Shown: positions 1 through 7,427 of the stretch, one piece after another
How the letters are laid out: each line of letters begins with the position of its first letter
How positions within the stretch are numbered: the first letter of the stretch is position 1
Assembly (NCBI GenBank): GCA_045863395.1
Contig: BTVJ01000097.1
Coordinates: 1-26,732 of the forward strand
Source: Myxococcales bacterium
Lineage (GTDB): Bacteria > Myxococcota_A > UBA9042 > JABWCM01 > BTVJ01
Reading direction: 5' to 3'
DNA: 26,732 bases
Position numbers and translations under genes: made by a program
Notes under the pieces: model-generated
Seen by the model: only the letters and a program-made list of their open reading frames with translations
Told to the model about the DNA's origin: nothing
The model's database searches: none

Positions 1-49
1 CCCGCCCCCGCCAAGTCGTACCAGGCCACGGGGTACGGCGAGGACTTAC
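1..49. mobile_element. Possible right end (terminal inverted repeat) of an IS66-family element, truncated by the window edge
   Basis: 28..49 reads ACGGGGTACGGCGAGGACTTAC, which is GTAAG... read inward, the typical IS66 terminus. FGE homology starts abruptly right after it. The in-frame upstream residues (PAPAKSYQATGYGEDLR) do not resemble the expected PxHxVxLTxGF stretch. No transposase is in the window. Confidence 0.4.
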
Positions 50-54
50 GGTGG

Positions 55-711
55 ATGGGCGAGACCCCGGTGACGCAGGCCCTCTGGACGGCGGTCATGC
101 GCGACAACCCCAGCCGGTTTGCGGAGCAGGGAGCGCAGCGGCCCGTCGAGCACGTGAGCTGGGAAGACTGCCAGCGCTTCCTCGAGCGACTCGGAGGGCT
201 CGTGCCCGGGCTGCGCCCCCGGCTGCCGACGGAGGCCGAGTGGGAGCGCGCCTGCCGGGCGGGAACGGACGCCGCGCGCTACGGCGGGCTCCACCACGTC
301 GCGTGGCATGAGGGGAACAGCGGCGGCGAGACCCACCCGGTCAAGCAGAGGCTCCCGAACGCCCTCGGGCTGTACGACACGCTCGGGAACGTGTGGGAGT
401 GGTGTTCGGACTGGCTTGGTCCGTATCCACCAGCGGCGCGGGTCGACCCGGCAGGCGCGCCTGCGGGCTCGGAGCGGGTCATCCGGGGCGGCTCCTGTCG
501 CAGCCCGGCCAGGAGCGTCCGGGCGGCCTGCCGGCACGGGGCCCCGCCCGAGATCCGGCGCGGGACCCTGGGCTTCCGGCTCGCCCAAGGTCACGACCAG
601 CAGGCCAGCCAGCAGGCGGCGCAGACGACGGCCCCAGCGGAGGGCCAGCGGAGCGGCCCGGAGCCTGGGGCCGTCGTTCGCGCCGCCGGTCGTCGTTCCT
701 CTCGGGGGTGA
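55..711 (+). CDS. FGE-sulfatase (SUMF1/CLec-fold) domain protein, 5'-truncated or interrupted
   Basis: Motifs ETPVTQALW, NPSRF, PVEHVSWEDC, RLPTEAEWERACRAG, PNALGLYDTLGNVWEWCSD, RVIRGGS and LGFRLA. The frame is open back to base 1, but the N-terminal part of the domain is absent. Confidence 0.85.
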   Translation: MGETPVTQALWTAVMRDNPSRFAEQGAQRPVEHVSWEDCQRFLERLGGLVPGLRPRLPTEAEWERACRAGTDAARYGGLHHVAWHEGNSGGETHPVKQRLPNALGLYDTLGNVWEWCSDWLGPYPPAARVDPAGAPAGSERVIRGGSCRSPARSVRAACRHGAPPEIRRGTLGFRLAQGHDQQASQQAAQTTAPAEGQRSGPEPGAVVRAAGRRSSRG

Positions 712-716
712 GAGGA
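697..716. terminator. Small hairpin over the stop codon between two convergent FGE genes
   Basis: TCCTCTC-GGGGGT-GAGAGGA, a perfect 7-bp stem with no U-tract. Confidence 0.25.
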
Positions 717-753
717 GGCCTCCGCGCGGCAGCGCTCCTCGGGGTGGCTTCGC

Positions 754-2580
754 CTACGACACGGTTCGCGCGAGCCGCAGCCCGATCGAGGCGGCGCCGT
801 TGCCCGGCTCATGGTACCGGCGTGACTCCGACGTCACGCGCTGGCCCGGGAAGCGCTGGGAGCCCCCCCGAACGATGCGATGTGGCATCCCCTGTTGCTG
901 TTGCGCCTGCTCCGGTCCGGCCCAGTCGACCACCGCGCGGTCCGGGTAGGGGGCCGCCCAGTCCCAGCACCACTCGGCGACGTTCCCGATCATGTCGTGC
1001 AGCCCCCACGGGTTCGCTCCTCCCTCCCCGACGGGCCGGGTGTCGTCGGCCTTCGGGGCGCGAGTCTGGCCCCCGTCCGCTCCGCCTGCCCCAGCGTTCC
1101 TCTGCGCCTGGCATGCGTACTCCCACTCCGCCTCGGTGGGCAGCCGGTAGCCATTCGCTCGTCGATCCCACGACACCGTGCCGTCGTCGACGCCAGCATA
1201 GACGGGCGTGCGCCCGGCGATGGCCGACAGCGCGTTGCAGAACTGCACGGCTTCGAGCCAGGACACGCCCACCACGGGATGGTCGGGCTTCGCATCATCT
1301 GGTCGATCAAGGCCGGTGATCGCCTCCCACACGGTCCAGGTCAAGGGGACGGCGCCAAGCGCGAATGGCCGGGAGAGCCGGACGCTTCCGCCTCGCTCGC
1401 CTCTCCTCAGGGTCCCGGCTTTGACGCAGATCATCTCGATGCGGTCCGACGACGGCACGAAGCTCCCGGGGTCCTGGGCAAGGTACATGGCGTCCAGCAT
1501 CTCAGCGGGCAGCACCTCGACCGCTGATCGGCGTGGCAGCCGCGAGCGGCCCACCCCAGGGCACGCGGTCAGCAGAGCCAGGTGCATCGCCGCCGCCGAC
1601 TTGTAGCGCTGCGTAGGATCCAGGCGGAGAGCCATGTCGACGACCGCGCTCAGCTCCGCCGACACGCGCTCGCCGCACTCGACGGCGAGGGGACGCATCT
1701 TTTCAGGGGAGCGGGCACGCAGCACGCTGGCGGTCGGCTGCTTTCCCGAAAGCAGCCTCCAGAGGGTGGCGCCCACCCCGTAGACGTCAGTCCAGGGGCC
1801 GAGCCGGTCGCCCTCTTTGACGCCCTCCTTACTGTACTTCTCGACGTACTGCTCCGGCGCCGCGTAGCCCTCGCTGCGAAAGCGCGTGGCCGTCTCTGAG
1901 CCCCCAGGGCCGACCTCCAGGCGTGCGGCGCCGAAGTCCATGAGCCGCGCGGGCTTGTTCTCGCCCTTGCGGACGTACACGTTCCGCGGCTTCACGTCCT
2001 GGTGGACGAGGTGCCTTGTCCCGTCAATGACGTGCAAGGCGGTGAGAACGTCGAGCGCGAGTCCGACCGCCTCTTTCACCGGCACGCGCTTCCCTGCCTT
2101 GGCCTGCTCCTCGCACCACGCCTCGGCGTCCCTCCCGTCCTCGTAGGGCATCACGATGTACGCCGTGCCATGGTCCTGCACGATGTCGAGGACCGGCATG
2201 AGGTTCTCGTGCGGCGGCAGCGCCTTCCCCCGCTCGGCCTCATTGAAGAACTTCCCAAGCTGCTCGGCGAACTCGGTGGAATTGTTGGGAGTGACGCGGA
2301 GGCCGTCCTTGCCGCGATTCACGCCCTCGTCGGGGAAGAACTCCTTGAGCGCGACCCGCGCGCCCGTCTCCCAATGGACGGCGAGGTACACGAACGCGAA
2401 GCCTCCCTCCCCGAGCATGCGCACCACCTTGTATTGCTCTTCAGCGACCAGGCTCCCAGGCTTCAGGGACAGGATGCGACGCTCGGCCGCCTCCGAAGGC
2501 ACCGGGGCACACTCGGTGACGTGCTCGGCGCGCGGCTGGGCACACGTATCACACAAGGCGTCGCTCTCGAACACGGCCAC
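754..2580 (-). CDS. Ser/Thr protein kinase fused to a C-terminal FGE-sulfatase domain
   Basis: Kinase motifs LGEGGFAFVY, VALKEFFP, HQDVKPRN, DFG, GYAAPEQY and WTDVYGVG. FGE motifs PVVGVSW, GYRLPTEAEWEYAC, NPWGLHDMIGNVAEWCWD, RIVRGGS and IGLRLART. GTG start after GGGGAG; no transmembrane segment visible. Confidence 0.92.
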   Translation of the reverse strand: MAVFESDALCDTCAQPRAEHVTECAPVPSEAAERRILSLKPGSLVAEEQYKVVRMLGEGGFAFVYLAVHWETGARVALKEFFPDEGVNRGKDGLRVTPNNSTEFAEQLGKFFNEAERGKALPPHENLMPVLDIVQDHGTAYIVMPYEDGRDAEAWCEEQAKAGKRVPVKEAVGLALDVLTALHVIDGTRHLVHQDVKPRNVYVRKGENKPARLMDFGAARLEVGPGGSETATRFRSEGYAAPEQYVEKYSKEGVKEGDRLGPWTDVYGVGATLWRLLSGKQPTASVLRARSPEKMRPLAVECGERVSAELSAVVDMALRLDPTQRYKSAAAMHLALLTACPGVGRSRLPRRSAVEVLPAEMLDAMYLAQDPGSFVPSSDRIEMICVKAGTLRRGERGGSVRLSRPFALGAVPLTWTVWEAITGLDRPDDAKPDHPVVGVSWLEAVQFCNALSAIAGRTPVYAGVDDGTVSWDRRANGYRLPTEAEWEYACQAQRNAGAGGADGGQTRAPKADDTRPVGEGGANPWGLHDMIGNVAEWCWDWAAPYPDRAVVDWAGPEQAQQQQGMPHRIVRGGSQRFPGQRVTSESRRYHEPGNGAASIGLRLARTVS

Positions 2581-2738
2581 CTCCCCACGATGCGAGGACC
2601 ATCACGCCCCTCGGCCTCGGAGACCCCCTCACGAGCGTCGGGTTCGCCTCCCGACGATAGCCGATCACGGGTGAGCGGGGTAGAGGAAATGTGGTGCAGA
2701 GTCTGGAGGGACGAGGCGGGGAGGCTGGTGGGTCTCTT

Positions 2739-2769
2739 GGGGGGCGGCCGGCAAGTGGGGCTGCCCCCC
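2739..2769. terminator. GC-rich stem-loop just downstream of the C39 gene
   Basis: GGGGGGCGGCC-N9-GGCTGCCCCCC, 13 nt beyond the C39 stop codon; no U-tract. Confidence 0.4.
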
Positions 2770-2782
2770 CGTAGTGCCTGGC

Positions 2783-3547
2783 TCAGTAGTAGATGCGTGT
2801 AACGGCACCGGAGCCGACCCACCCATCGCCCAGCTTGCGGGTGGTCGCGGTGGTGTCCCAGGGGTCCAGGTAGGTGAAGTGGCTCCACGAAGTGCCGGTG
2901 CTCCCGTACCCGCTGACGACCACCCAGTGGTTCGTGAAGCGGTTGGACTTGGCGACGACGAGCGACCCGGCGTCGAGCAGGCTCTTGAGCGCCGAGACCG
3001 TGGTGAGCGAGCCCGTGCCCTTCCACTTCAGCCCGCCCGATCCGTCGAAGTCGGCCACCTTGGCCCAGTACACGCTGCAGCCGGAGGCGTAGCCGCCGTT
3101 GTTCTTGAGGTAGGTGTTGAGGGTCCCCGGGTTCACGGACGCGCCCCGGGCCTTCAGCGCCATGGCGGCGGCCGTGATCGCGCACCCGGCGGGGGTCTTC
3201 GTTCCACACGTGCCGATGGTCGTGTTGGAGCAGGTCCCGAGCCCATTGCAGGCCCAGCTCGTGTTGTTCTGCGAGAAGAACGAGGACACGGAGGTCAGCT
3301 TGGCGTACAGGTTGTCGTACGGCGTCGCGGTCTCCTCCGGCTGCTCGTCGGCGGCGTCACCCTCGATGCCGTAGCCCCCGCCCTCGCCGTCGCACCCCGC
3401 GACGAAGGCGAAGAGAGCGATGGCGAGCAGGACTCGCCACACGAACGCGAGGCCGAAGGACGCGACAGGGCGTCCACTCTCGGCGGCCGCGCCGCTCGGC
3501 TGCGCGGCGCCAGGCGCGGGCGCCAGAGTCAAATGTCGGGACATCAT
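2783..3547 (-). CDS. C39-like (papain-fold) cysteine peptidase, predicted lipoprotein
   Basis: ATG at 3547 follows AAGGAG. A hydrophobic stretch ends in the lipobox FVAG-C, then an acidic linker. Catalytic pattern FSQ..W, GCAITAAAM, NPGTLN, HWVVV and DPW (Cys-His-Asp). The ORF-track extension to 3961 overlaps the bEBP gene and promoter and is not credible. Confidence 0.85.
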   Translation of the reverse strand: MMSRHLTLAPAPGAAQPSGAAAESGRPVASFGLAFVWRVLLAIALFAFVAGCDGEGGGYGIEGDAADEQPEETATPYDNLYAKLTSVSSFFSQNNTSWACNGLGTCSNTTIGTCGTKTPAGCAITAAAMALKARGASVNPGTLNTYLKNNGGYASGCSVYWAKVADFDGSGGLKWKGTGSLTTVSALKSLLDAGSLVVAKSNRFTNHWVVVSGYGSTGTSWSHFTYLDPWDTTATTRKLGDGWVGSGAVTRIYY

Positions 3548-3637
3548 GCGGTCTCTCCTTCCGGTCTCCACCGAAGCCGTGGCAGGGAGAAGCGCAACCA
3601 CCCGGCTGCGACCGCCCTGTCTGGTGCTGGCAGACAG

Positions 3638-3653
3638 AGCATGGCCCGTGCCA
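3638..3653 (-). promoter_or_regulatory. Sigma54 -24/-12 promoter of the C39 gene
   Basis: Minus strand TGGCACGGGCCATGCT versus consensus TGGCACGNNNNTTGCW, with exact GG-N10-GC spacing, about 90 nt upstream of the ATG. Confidence 0.8.
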
Positions 3654-3778
3654 GGCGACCTCGGGGACGACGTGCCAGCGCGAAGTGGCTCGCAACGCTG
3701 CGTACTCACGATGTTTCTTCGGTCGAGGCGGCGCGAAGCGGTCCCCGAGTGAGTCGCCATCTCTGGCCGGAACCCCGC

Positions 3779-3815
3779 CGTACACGGTTCGCCGTACCGT
3801 ACGATTTGGTTCGGT
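3779..3815 (-). promoter_or_regulatory. Putative upstream activator sequence (bEBP binding site) for the C39 promoter
   Basis: Minus strand ACCGAACCAAATCGTACGGTACGGCGAACCGTGTACG. Its last 14 nt match 6431..6444 (GCGAACCGYGYAYG) and end 125 nt before the -24 box. Confidence 0.6.
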
Positions 3816-3834
3816 GCAGGGTGCTCTGCCTTTG

Positions 3835-5457
3835 CTACGGGCCCTGATTCGGCTTCTCGAAGGTGCGGTACACGAAGGACTTGAACTGGGGCGAGTACGG
3901 TATGCCGAGGAGGTTCGCAGTCGCCAAGTATCGCTGCTCCTTGCCTTTCGTAGCCTCCCAAGCGGCTCTGATCTGCTCCCGATCAAGCTGCTTGTAGGCG
4001 TCGAGTTGGAGATTCCCTGGCTCCTGGCGGGTCTCGCCACTGCCCGTGATCGACTCTCCCGTCGATGTCGTCTTGTTGGTCGAGGCCGCGTATGCCGCCG
4101 TCTGTTCAGCGATGAGCTGAGAGACATCCAGTCGCCTGCCCCGGACACGGTCGCGGTGCCAGGCTGCTTCGGCTGCCCCCTTGAGCTGACGAACGTTTCC
4201 GGGCCAGTCGAAGCTCAACAGCTTGAGGACATCCTCCGGGAGCAGGGGCGGGAGGGTTGCCTCGTCAGGGTTCTCCGGTTCGAAACACGGATCCCAAAGA
4301 TTGTTCTCGGAGGCTCCAGCACCCATTCGCAGGTAGTGCACGAACAGCGGGGCAATGTCGGGCCGTCTGGATCGCAGCGGCGGCATCTTGACGACAAATG
4401 TTGCGAGTCGGGTGAATAGCGCCTTGGGGAACTTTCGCTGCCGGACGAGGTGCGCCAAGTCGTCGTTTGCGGCGGCAACGGCGCGGCACTTCACGGGGAG
4501 TGGTTTCTCGGACCCGACTGGGGTGAATTCCGGGCTGTCCGAGATGGCGCGGAGCAGCATCGGCTGCAGCTCTTTAGAGAGCTTGTCAATCTCGTCAAGA
4601 AAGACCGTCCCATCGGCCGCCGATTGAAACGCGCCTTTCCTGTCCTTCGCTGCGCCGGTGAAGGAGCCTCGCACGTGGCCGAAGAGTTCCGACCCTGCCA
4701 CGCCCTCTTGAATCGCCGCGCAGTTCAGGGGCAGGTAGGGCTTCTTGGATCTACTCGACAGATCATGCACTGCGCGAGCGACCAGCTCCTTCCCCGTCCC
4801 AGGCTCCCCGACGAGCAGCACTGGACTCGTGGCGTCTTTCACGTCCCGAATCCGACGCCGGAGGTCGTTCACCTCGCAGCTCTCCCCGAGGATGGTATCC
4901 GCTGCCGTTGAGCACCGCCGCCTCGGCGCCAGGTGAAGCAGCAGCAGCACGTAGTGCCCGAGCTGGATGCAGACCCCCTCCTTGACCTCGTCCTGCGTCA
5001 CTGTGACCTGCCCGCTCCGCTCCACGCCGCCGACGATCACCCGGAGCCAGCCGGCTGGCCTCGACGCTGCGTAGGGGCCCGGGGTCAACCTGACGCCGCC
5101 AGCGCCGGGCATCCTGAATGTGACCGTCTCGTTGCCCTCCTGCGCCGACACGACGGGCGCCAGCACCTGGCGCTCCTCGGTGCCAGGCCTCGCGAAGACG
5201 AGCCGGCCGAGCTTGACTGCCTTGCGCTGGTCAAACTCCTTCCAGAGGTCGTAACGCAGCCCGATCCGCCGGATGTCATAGTCGCACACGATGGTGAGGG
5301 CAGGGCCGCTCTGCTCGTCCGGGCTCTCCGCGGGCGCCGGCGGCGGCTTGTCCTGAACGGTCCTCTGGCGTCTCTCCGCCTCGGGCATCCCTCCCGGCGC
5401 CTCGCGACGTTCGACGCCCATCGCGCCATGGCCCCGGGCATCGCGTCCTTCTCTCAT
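3835..5457 (-). CDS. Sigma54-dependent transcriptional activator (bEBP): degenerate FHA-like N-terminus, AAA+ core, atypical Fis-type HTH
   Basis: Motifs GEPGTGKELVARAVH, LNCAAI, SELFGHVRGSFTGA, VFLDEID and WPGNVRQL. ATG at 5457 follows GAAGGGAG; the start is uncertain. Confidence 0.9.
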   Translation of the reverse strand: MREGRDARGHGAMGVERREAPGGMPEAERRQRTVQDKPPPAPAESPDEQSGPALTIVCDYDIRRIGLRYDLWKEFDQRKAVKLGRLVFARPGTEERQVLAPVVSAQEGNETVTFRMPGAGGVRLTPGPYAASRPAGWLRVIVGGVERSGQVTVTQDEVKEGVCIQLGHYVLLLLHLAPRRRCSTAADTILGESCEVNDLRRRIRDVKDATSPVLLVGEPGTGKELVARAVHDLSSRSKKPYLPLNCAAIQEGVAGSELFGHVRGSFTGAAKDRKGAFQSAADGTVFLDEIDKLSKELQPMLLRAISDSPEFTPVGSEKPLPVKCRAVAAANDDLAHLVRQRKFPKALFTRLATFVVKMPPLRSRRPDIAPLFVHYLRMGAGASENNLWDPCFEPENPDEATLPPLLPEDVLKLLSFDWPGNVRQLKGAAEAAWHRDRVRGRRLDVSQLIAEQTAAYAASTNKTTSTGESITGSGETRQEPGNLQLDAYKQLDREQIRAAWEATKGKEQRYLATANLLGIPYSPQFKSFVYRTFEKPNQGP

Positions 5458-5643
5458 GGCGCGTCTCCCTTCGTGATGTTGCTGGCGACCCCCGGTACGC
5501 GATCCACCCATGCCACTCCCGTCCCACGAAGACCCGATGCAAACACGGCTCGCCGTTGGCCGTCAAGACCCAGCCGCGAGGGGAAGGCCGAGGCAGACAC
5601 CGACCGCGGCGCCCGCCAGCGTCGGCGCGGTCCACTCCGAGCA

Positions 5644-6000
5644 TCAAGCGGCGTGGCGGAGCTCGGCGCGGATGACGATCTCGTCGAACGGGGCGGAGAG
5701 GTGCCCCTGCGTGTCACGCTCCAGGAGGCCCAGCTCCACGAGCTGGGTCACGTCCACGTGGACGTTCTTGTAGTCGCGCTCCAGGTGCTTCGCGAGCTGC
5801 CGGATGCTCAGACCCTCCGTGCGGGCGACGAAGCGAAGGAGCTCGAGGCGCCGCTCGGTGATTGCGGCGAAGAGCTCCCGCAGGCTGCCAAAGGCGAGCC
5901 GGGGTGTCACGTTCGCACCTGACTCGCTGCGTGTCCATGCTTCAGCGAAGGCTGCGAGGGCTGCCGCGGGCGACTGCACCTCGATCTCGATGCGCTTCAT
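5644..6000 (-). CDS. Winged-HTH DNA-binding antitoxin (HVO_A0114-like family)
   Basis: LAFGSLRELFAAITERRLELL...SIRQLAKHLERDYKNVHVDVTQLVELGLLE...PFDEI. The ATG overlaps the toxin stop (ATGA), with a GGAGG RBS. Confidence 0.85.
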   Translation of the reverse strand: MKRIEIEVQSPAAALAAFAEAWTRSESGANVTPRLAFGSLRELFAAITERRLELLRFVARTEGLSIRQLAKHLERDYKNVHVDVTQLVELGLLERDTQGHLSAPFDEIVIRAELRHAA

Positions 6001-6298
6001 GGTCTCCACCTCCATCTGGTCAGACGCTCGCAGTCCGTCACGAAGTCCTCGATCAGCTGGTCGAGCGACGTGAAGTCGTAGGGCTCTTCGTCGTCGCCGT
6101 AGTGACGGTGGTCGCCCTTGCCCCGCTCGTTGTCGTATCGCACGACGCATTGACCCGGCCGAGCGCAGTACAGCCGGTACTTCACGCCCTGCGAACGGGG
6201 CGAGCCCGTACCCTCAGGCCGGGCAGGCTTCAGAGGACCATCTCGACGGTGACGTCGTCTTGGCTGCCCTTGAAGCGGTAGAGAAGCCGAGCCTTCAT
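5997..6298 (-). pseudogene. DUF6516 (TumE-family) toxin, inactivated by a nonsense codon and a frameshift
   Basis: MKARLLYRFK...VEMVL*SLP has TGA at 6230..6232 where the family has W (WxLP). KYRLY...VRYDNERGKGDHRHY...Y.FTSLDQLIEDF then continues in a shifted frame. Confidence 0.8.
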
Positions 6299-6333
6299 AT
6301 GGCGTAGGATGCCATAGGGTTCGTTCCGTTCAA
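6298..6333 (-). promoter_or_regulatory. Putative sigma70 promoter (leaderless) and operator palindrome of the TA operon
   Basis: Minus strand TTGAAC-N16-CATCCT with an extended TG, 7 nt before the ATG and no RBS. An inverted repeat TATGGC-N7-GCCATA (6298..6316) covers the -10 box. Confidence 0.5.
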
Positions 6334-6410
6334 GGCCGTTGCTCCGAGGCTCGTTCCTCGCCTTGGGCATCAGAGTCGGCGTGCGACCCCTTGGCTCATG
6401 GTTCAGCCGT

Positions 6411-6444
6411 GCGGTTCGACCGAACCGAACGCGAACCGCGCATG
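6411..6444 (+). promoter_or_regulatory. Putative upstream activator sequence for the M23 operon promoter
   Basis: GCGGTTCGACCGAACCGAACGCGAACCGCGCATG contains the inverted repeat GCGGTTCG-N13-CGAACCGC and repeated CGAAC units. It ends 125 nt before the -24 box. Confidence 0.6.
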
Positions 6445-6516
6445 CGACTCCAGCGTACCGCACGCAGGGGTGCGGGGCGGGTGGGGATGCGTCCAACTTA
6501 TCAGGCGACTGTCTCG

Positions 6517-6547
6517 TAACATTATGAAATCATGCATGTGTTTCATA
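6517..6547 (+). promoter_or_regulatory. AT-rich, IHF-like bending site between the UAS and the sigma54 promoter
   Basis: TAACATTATGAAA resembles the IHF consensus YAANNNNTTGATW with 2 mismatches. It overlaps a TATGAAA-N11-TTTCATA palindrome and is conspicuously AT-rich for this DNA. Confidence 0.45.
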
Positions 6548-6569
6548 TCGTCAGGTCTCCGCCACGCGC

Positions 6570-6585
6570 TGGCACGCCGCTGGCA
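6570..6585 (+). promoter_or_regulatory. Sigma54 -24/-12 promoter of the M23-M23-ATPase unit
   Basis: TGGCACGCCGCTGGCA, with exact GG-N10-GC spacing, about 60 nt upstream of the ATG at 6645. Confidence 0.8.
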
Positions 6586-6644
6586 ATCCATGCAGCCATG
6601 ACCCGGCGGTGTTCGTCGGGGCAGCAGACCCACGGAGGAGACCC

Positions 6645-7298
6645 ATGAAGCGTTGGCGAACTCTCGTTCTGTTCGCGGGTGCCCTGTTCCTGGCCGCGTG
6701 CGATGTCCCCGCCGTCGACGGCGACGCCGCGTCGCACGACCTCGCGACCCAGGAGGGGGCGGCGAGCATCCCGAAGCTCCTGTGCCCGCTGGCGTCCTGC
6801 ACGCAGAGCGGCTTCGGGTTCGGCAGCACGTGGACGTACAACCGCTGCCCGCAGAAGCTGTCGAACGGGCAGGCCGGGCCCTACAAGAAGCACACGGGCG
6901 TCGACCTGAAGGCGAGCGCCGGGACCGTGGTGAAGGCCTCGGCAGCGGGCACGGTGAAGCTCGTGTACTCGGCGGGTGCCGGCTGGGGCAGCGCCATCCT
7001 CGTCGAGCACAAGGACGCGAGCGGCGCGGCCTACGTGACCCAGTACATGCACGTCAACTCCTCGGTGTCGACCGGGGCGACCGTGAAGGCGGGCCAGAAG
7101 CTCGGCACCATCGCCGCGATCACGTCGCCCCACCTGCACTTCGCGGTCTGGAACGCCCCATACGCGTCCACGGCGCAGCGCGGCGCGCTCCCGAACTGCA
7201 GCGTCTCGGGCGCATGCAGCAACGGCACGTGCTTCGACGGCAAGTACACGGACCCGGCGTGGCCGTCGAAGTTCGTGAACCCCCTCAGCTACTTGTAG
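6645..7298 (+). CDS. M23 family metallopeptidase, predicted lipoprotein
   Basis: GGAGGAG RBS; lipobox LAA-C; HTGVD (HxxxD), YMH, HLHF (HxH) and VNPLSYL. Confidence 0.9.
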   Translation: MKRWRTLVLFAGALFLAACDVPAVDGDAASHDLATQEGAASIPKLLCPLASCTQSGFGFGSTWTYNRCPQKLSNGQAGPYKKHTGVDLKASAGTVVKASAAGTVKLVYSAGAGWGSAILVEHKDASGAAYVTQYMHVNSSVSTGATVKAGQKLGTIAAITSPHLHFAVWNAPYASTAQRGALPNCSVSGACSNGTCFDGKYTDPAWPSKFVNPLSYL

Positions 7299-7427
7299 CC
7301 CCCCTCCGCGGCGCGGTCGGGCGCCCGCCCGCCGCGTCGCCCCATTCGGGGACGGACCAGCCGCGCACGGTGCGCGGGCCGGCCCGCACCCGACCCGTGG
7401 CCCGGAGCGGTCACACGGAGGAACGTG

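Noticed and set aside
2590..2660. AGCGTCGGGTTCGCCTCC resembling an FGE 'VGFRL' tail
   Set aside because: It needs a frameshift and the Arg spacing is wrong; more likely the kinase gene's upstream region.
3662..3677. Second TGGCACG on the minus strand upstream of the C39 gene
   Set aside because: No GC at the -12 position (TGGCACGTCGTCCCCG).
3548..3961. N-terminal extension of the C39 ORF given in the ORF track
   Set aside because: It runs through the promoter, the UAS and the bEBP 3' end; a good RBS and ATG exist at 3547.
5498..5515. TGGCATG upstream of the bEBP as an autoregulatory sigma54 promoter
   Set aside because: GG-to-GC spacing is 12 nt, not 10.
6230..6232. In-frame TGA as selenocysteine or UGA=Trp recoding
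   Set aside because: The position corresponds to Trp rather than Cys, a frameshift follows anyway, and TGA ends many intact genes here.
6411..6444. CGAAC repeats as a CRISPR array, iteron set or microsatellite
   Set aside because: Too short, with no spacers and no cas or rep gene; better explained as an activator site.
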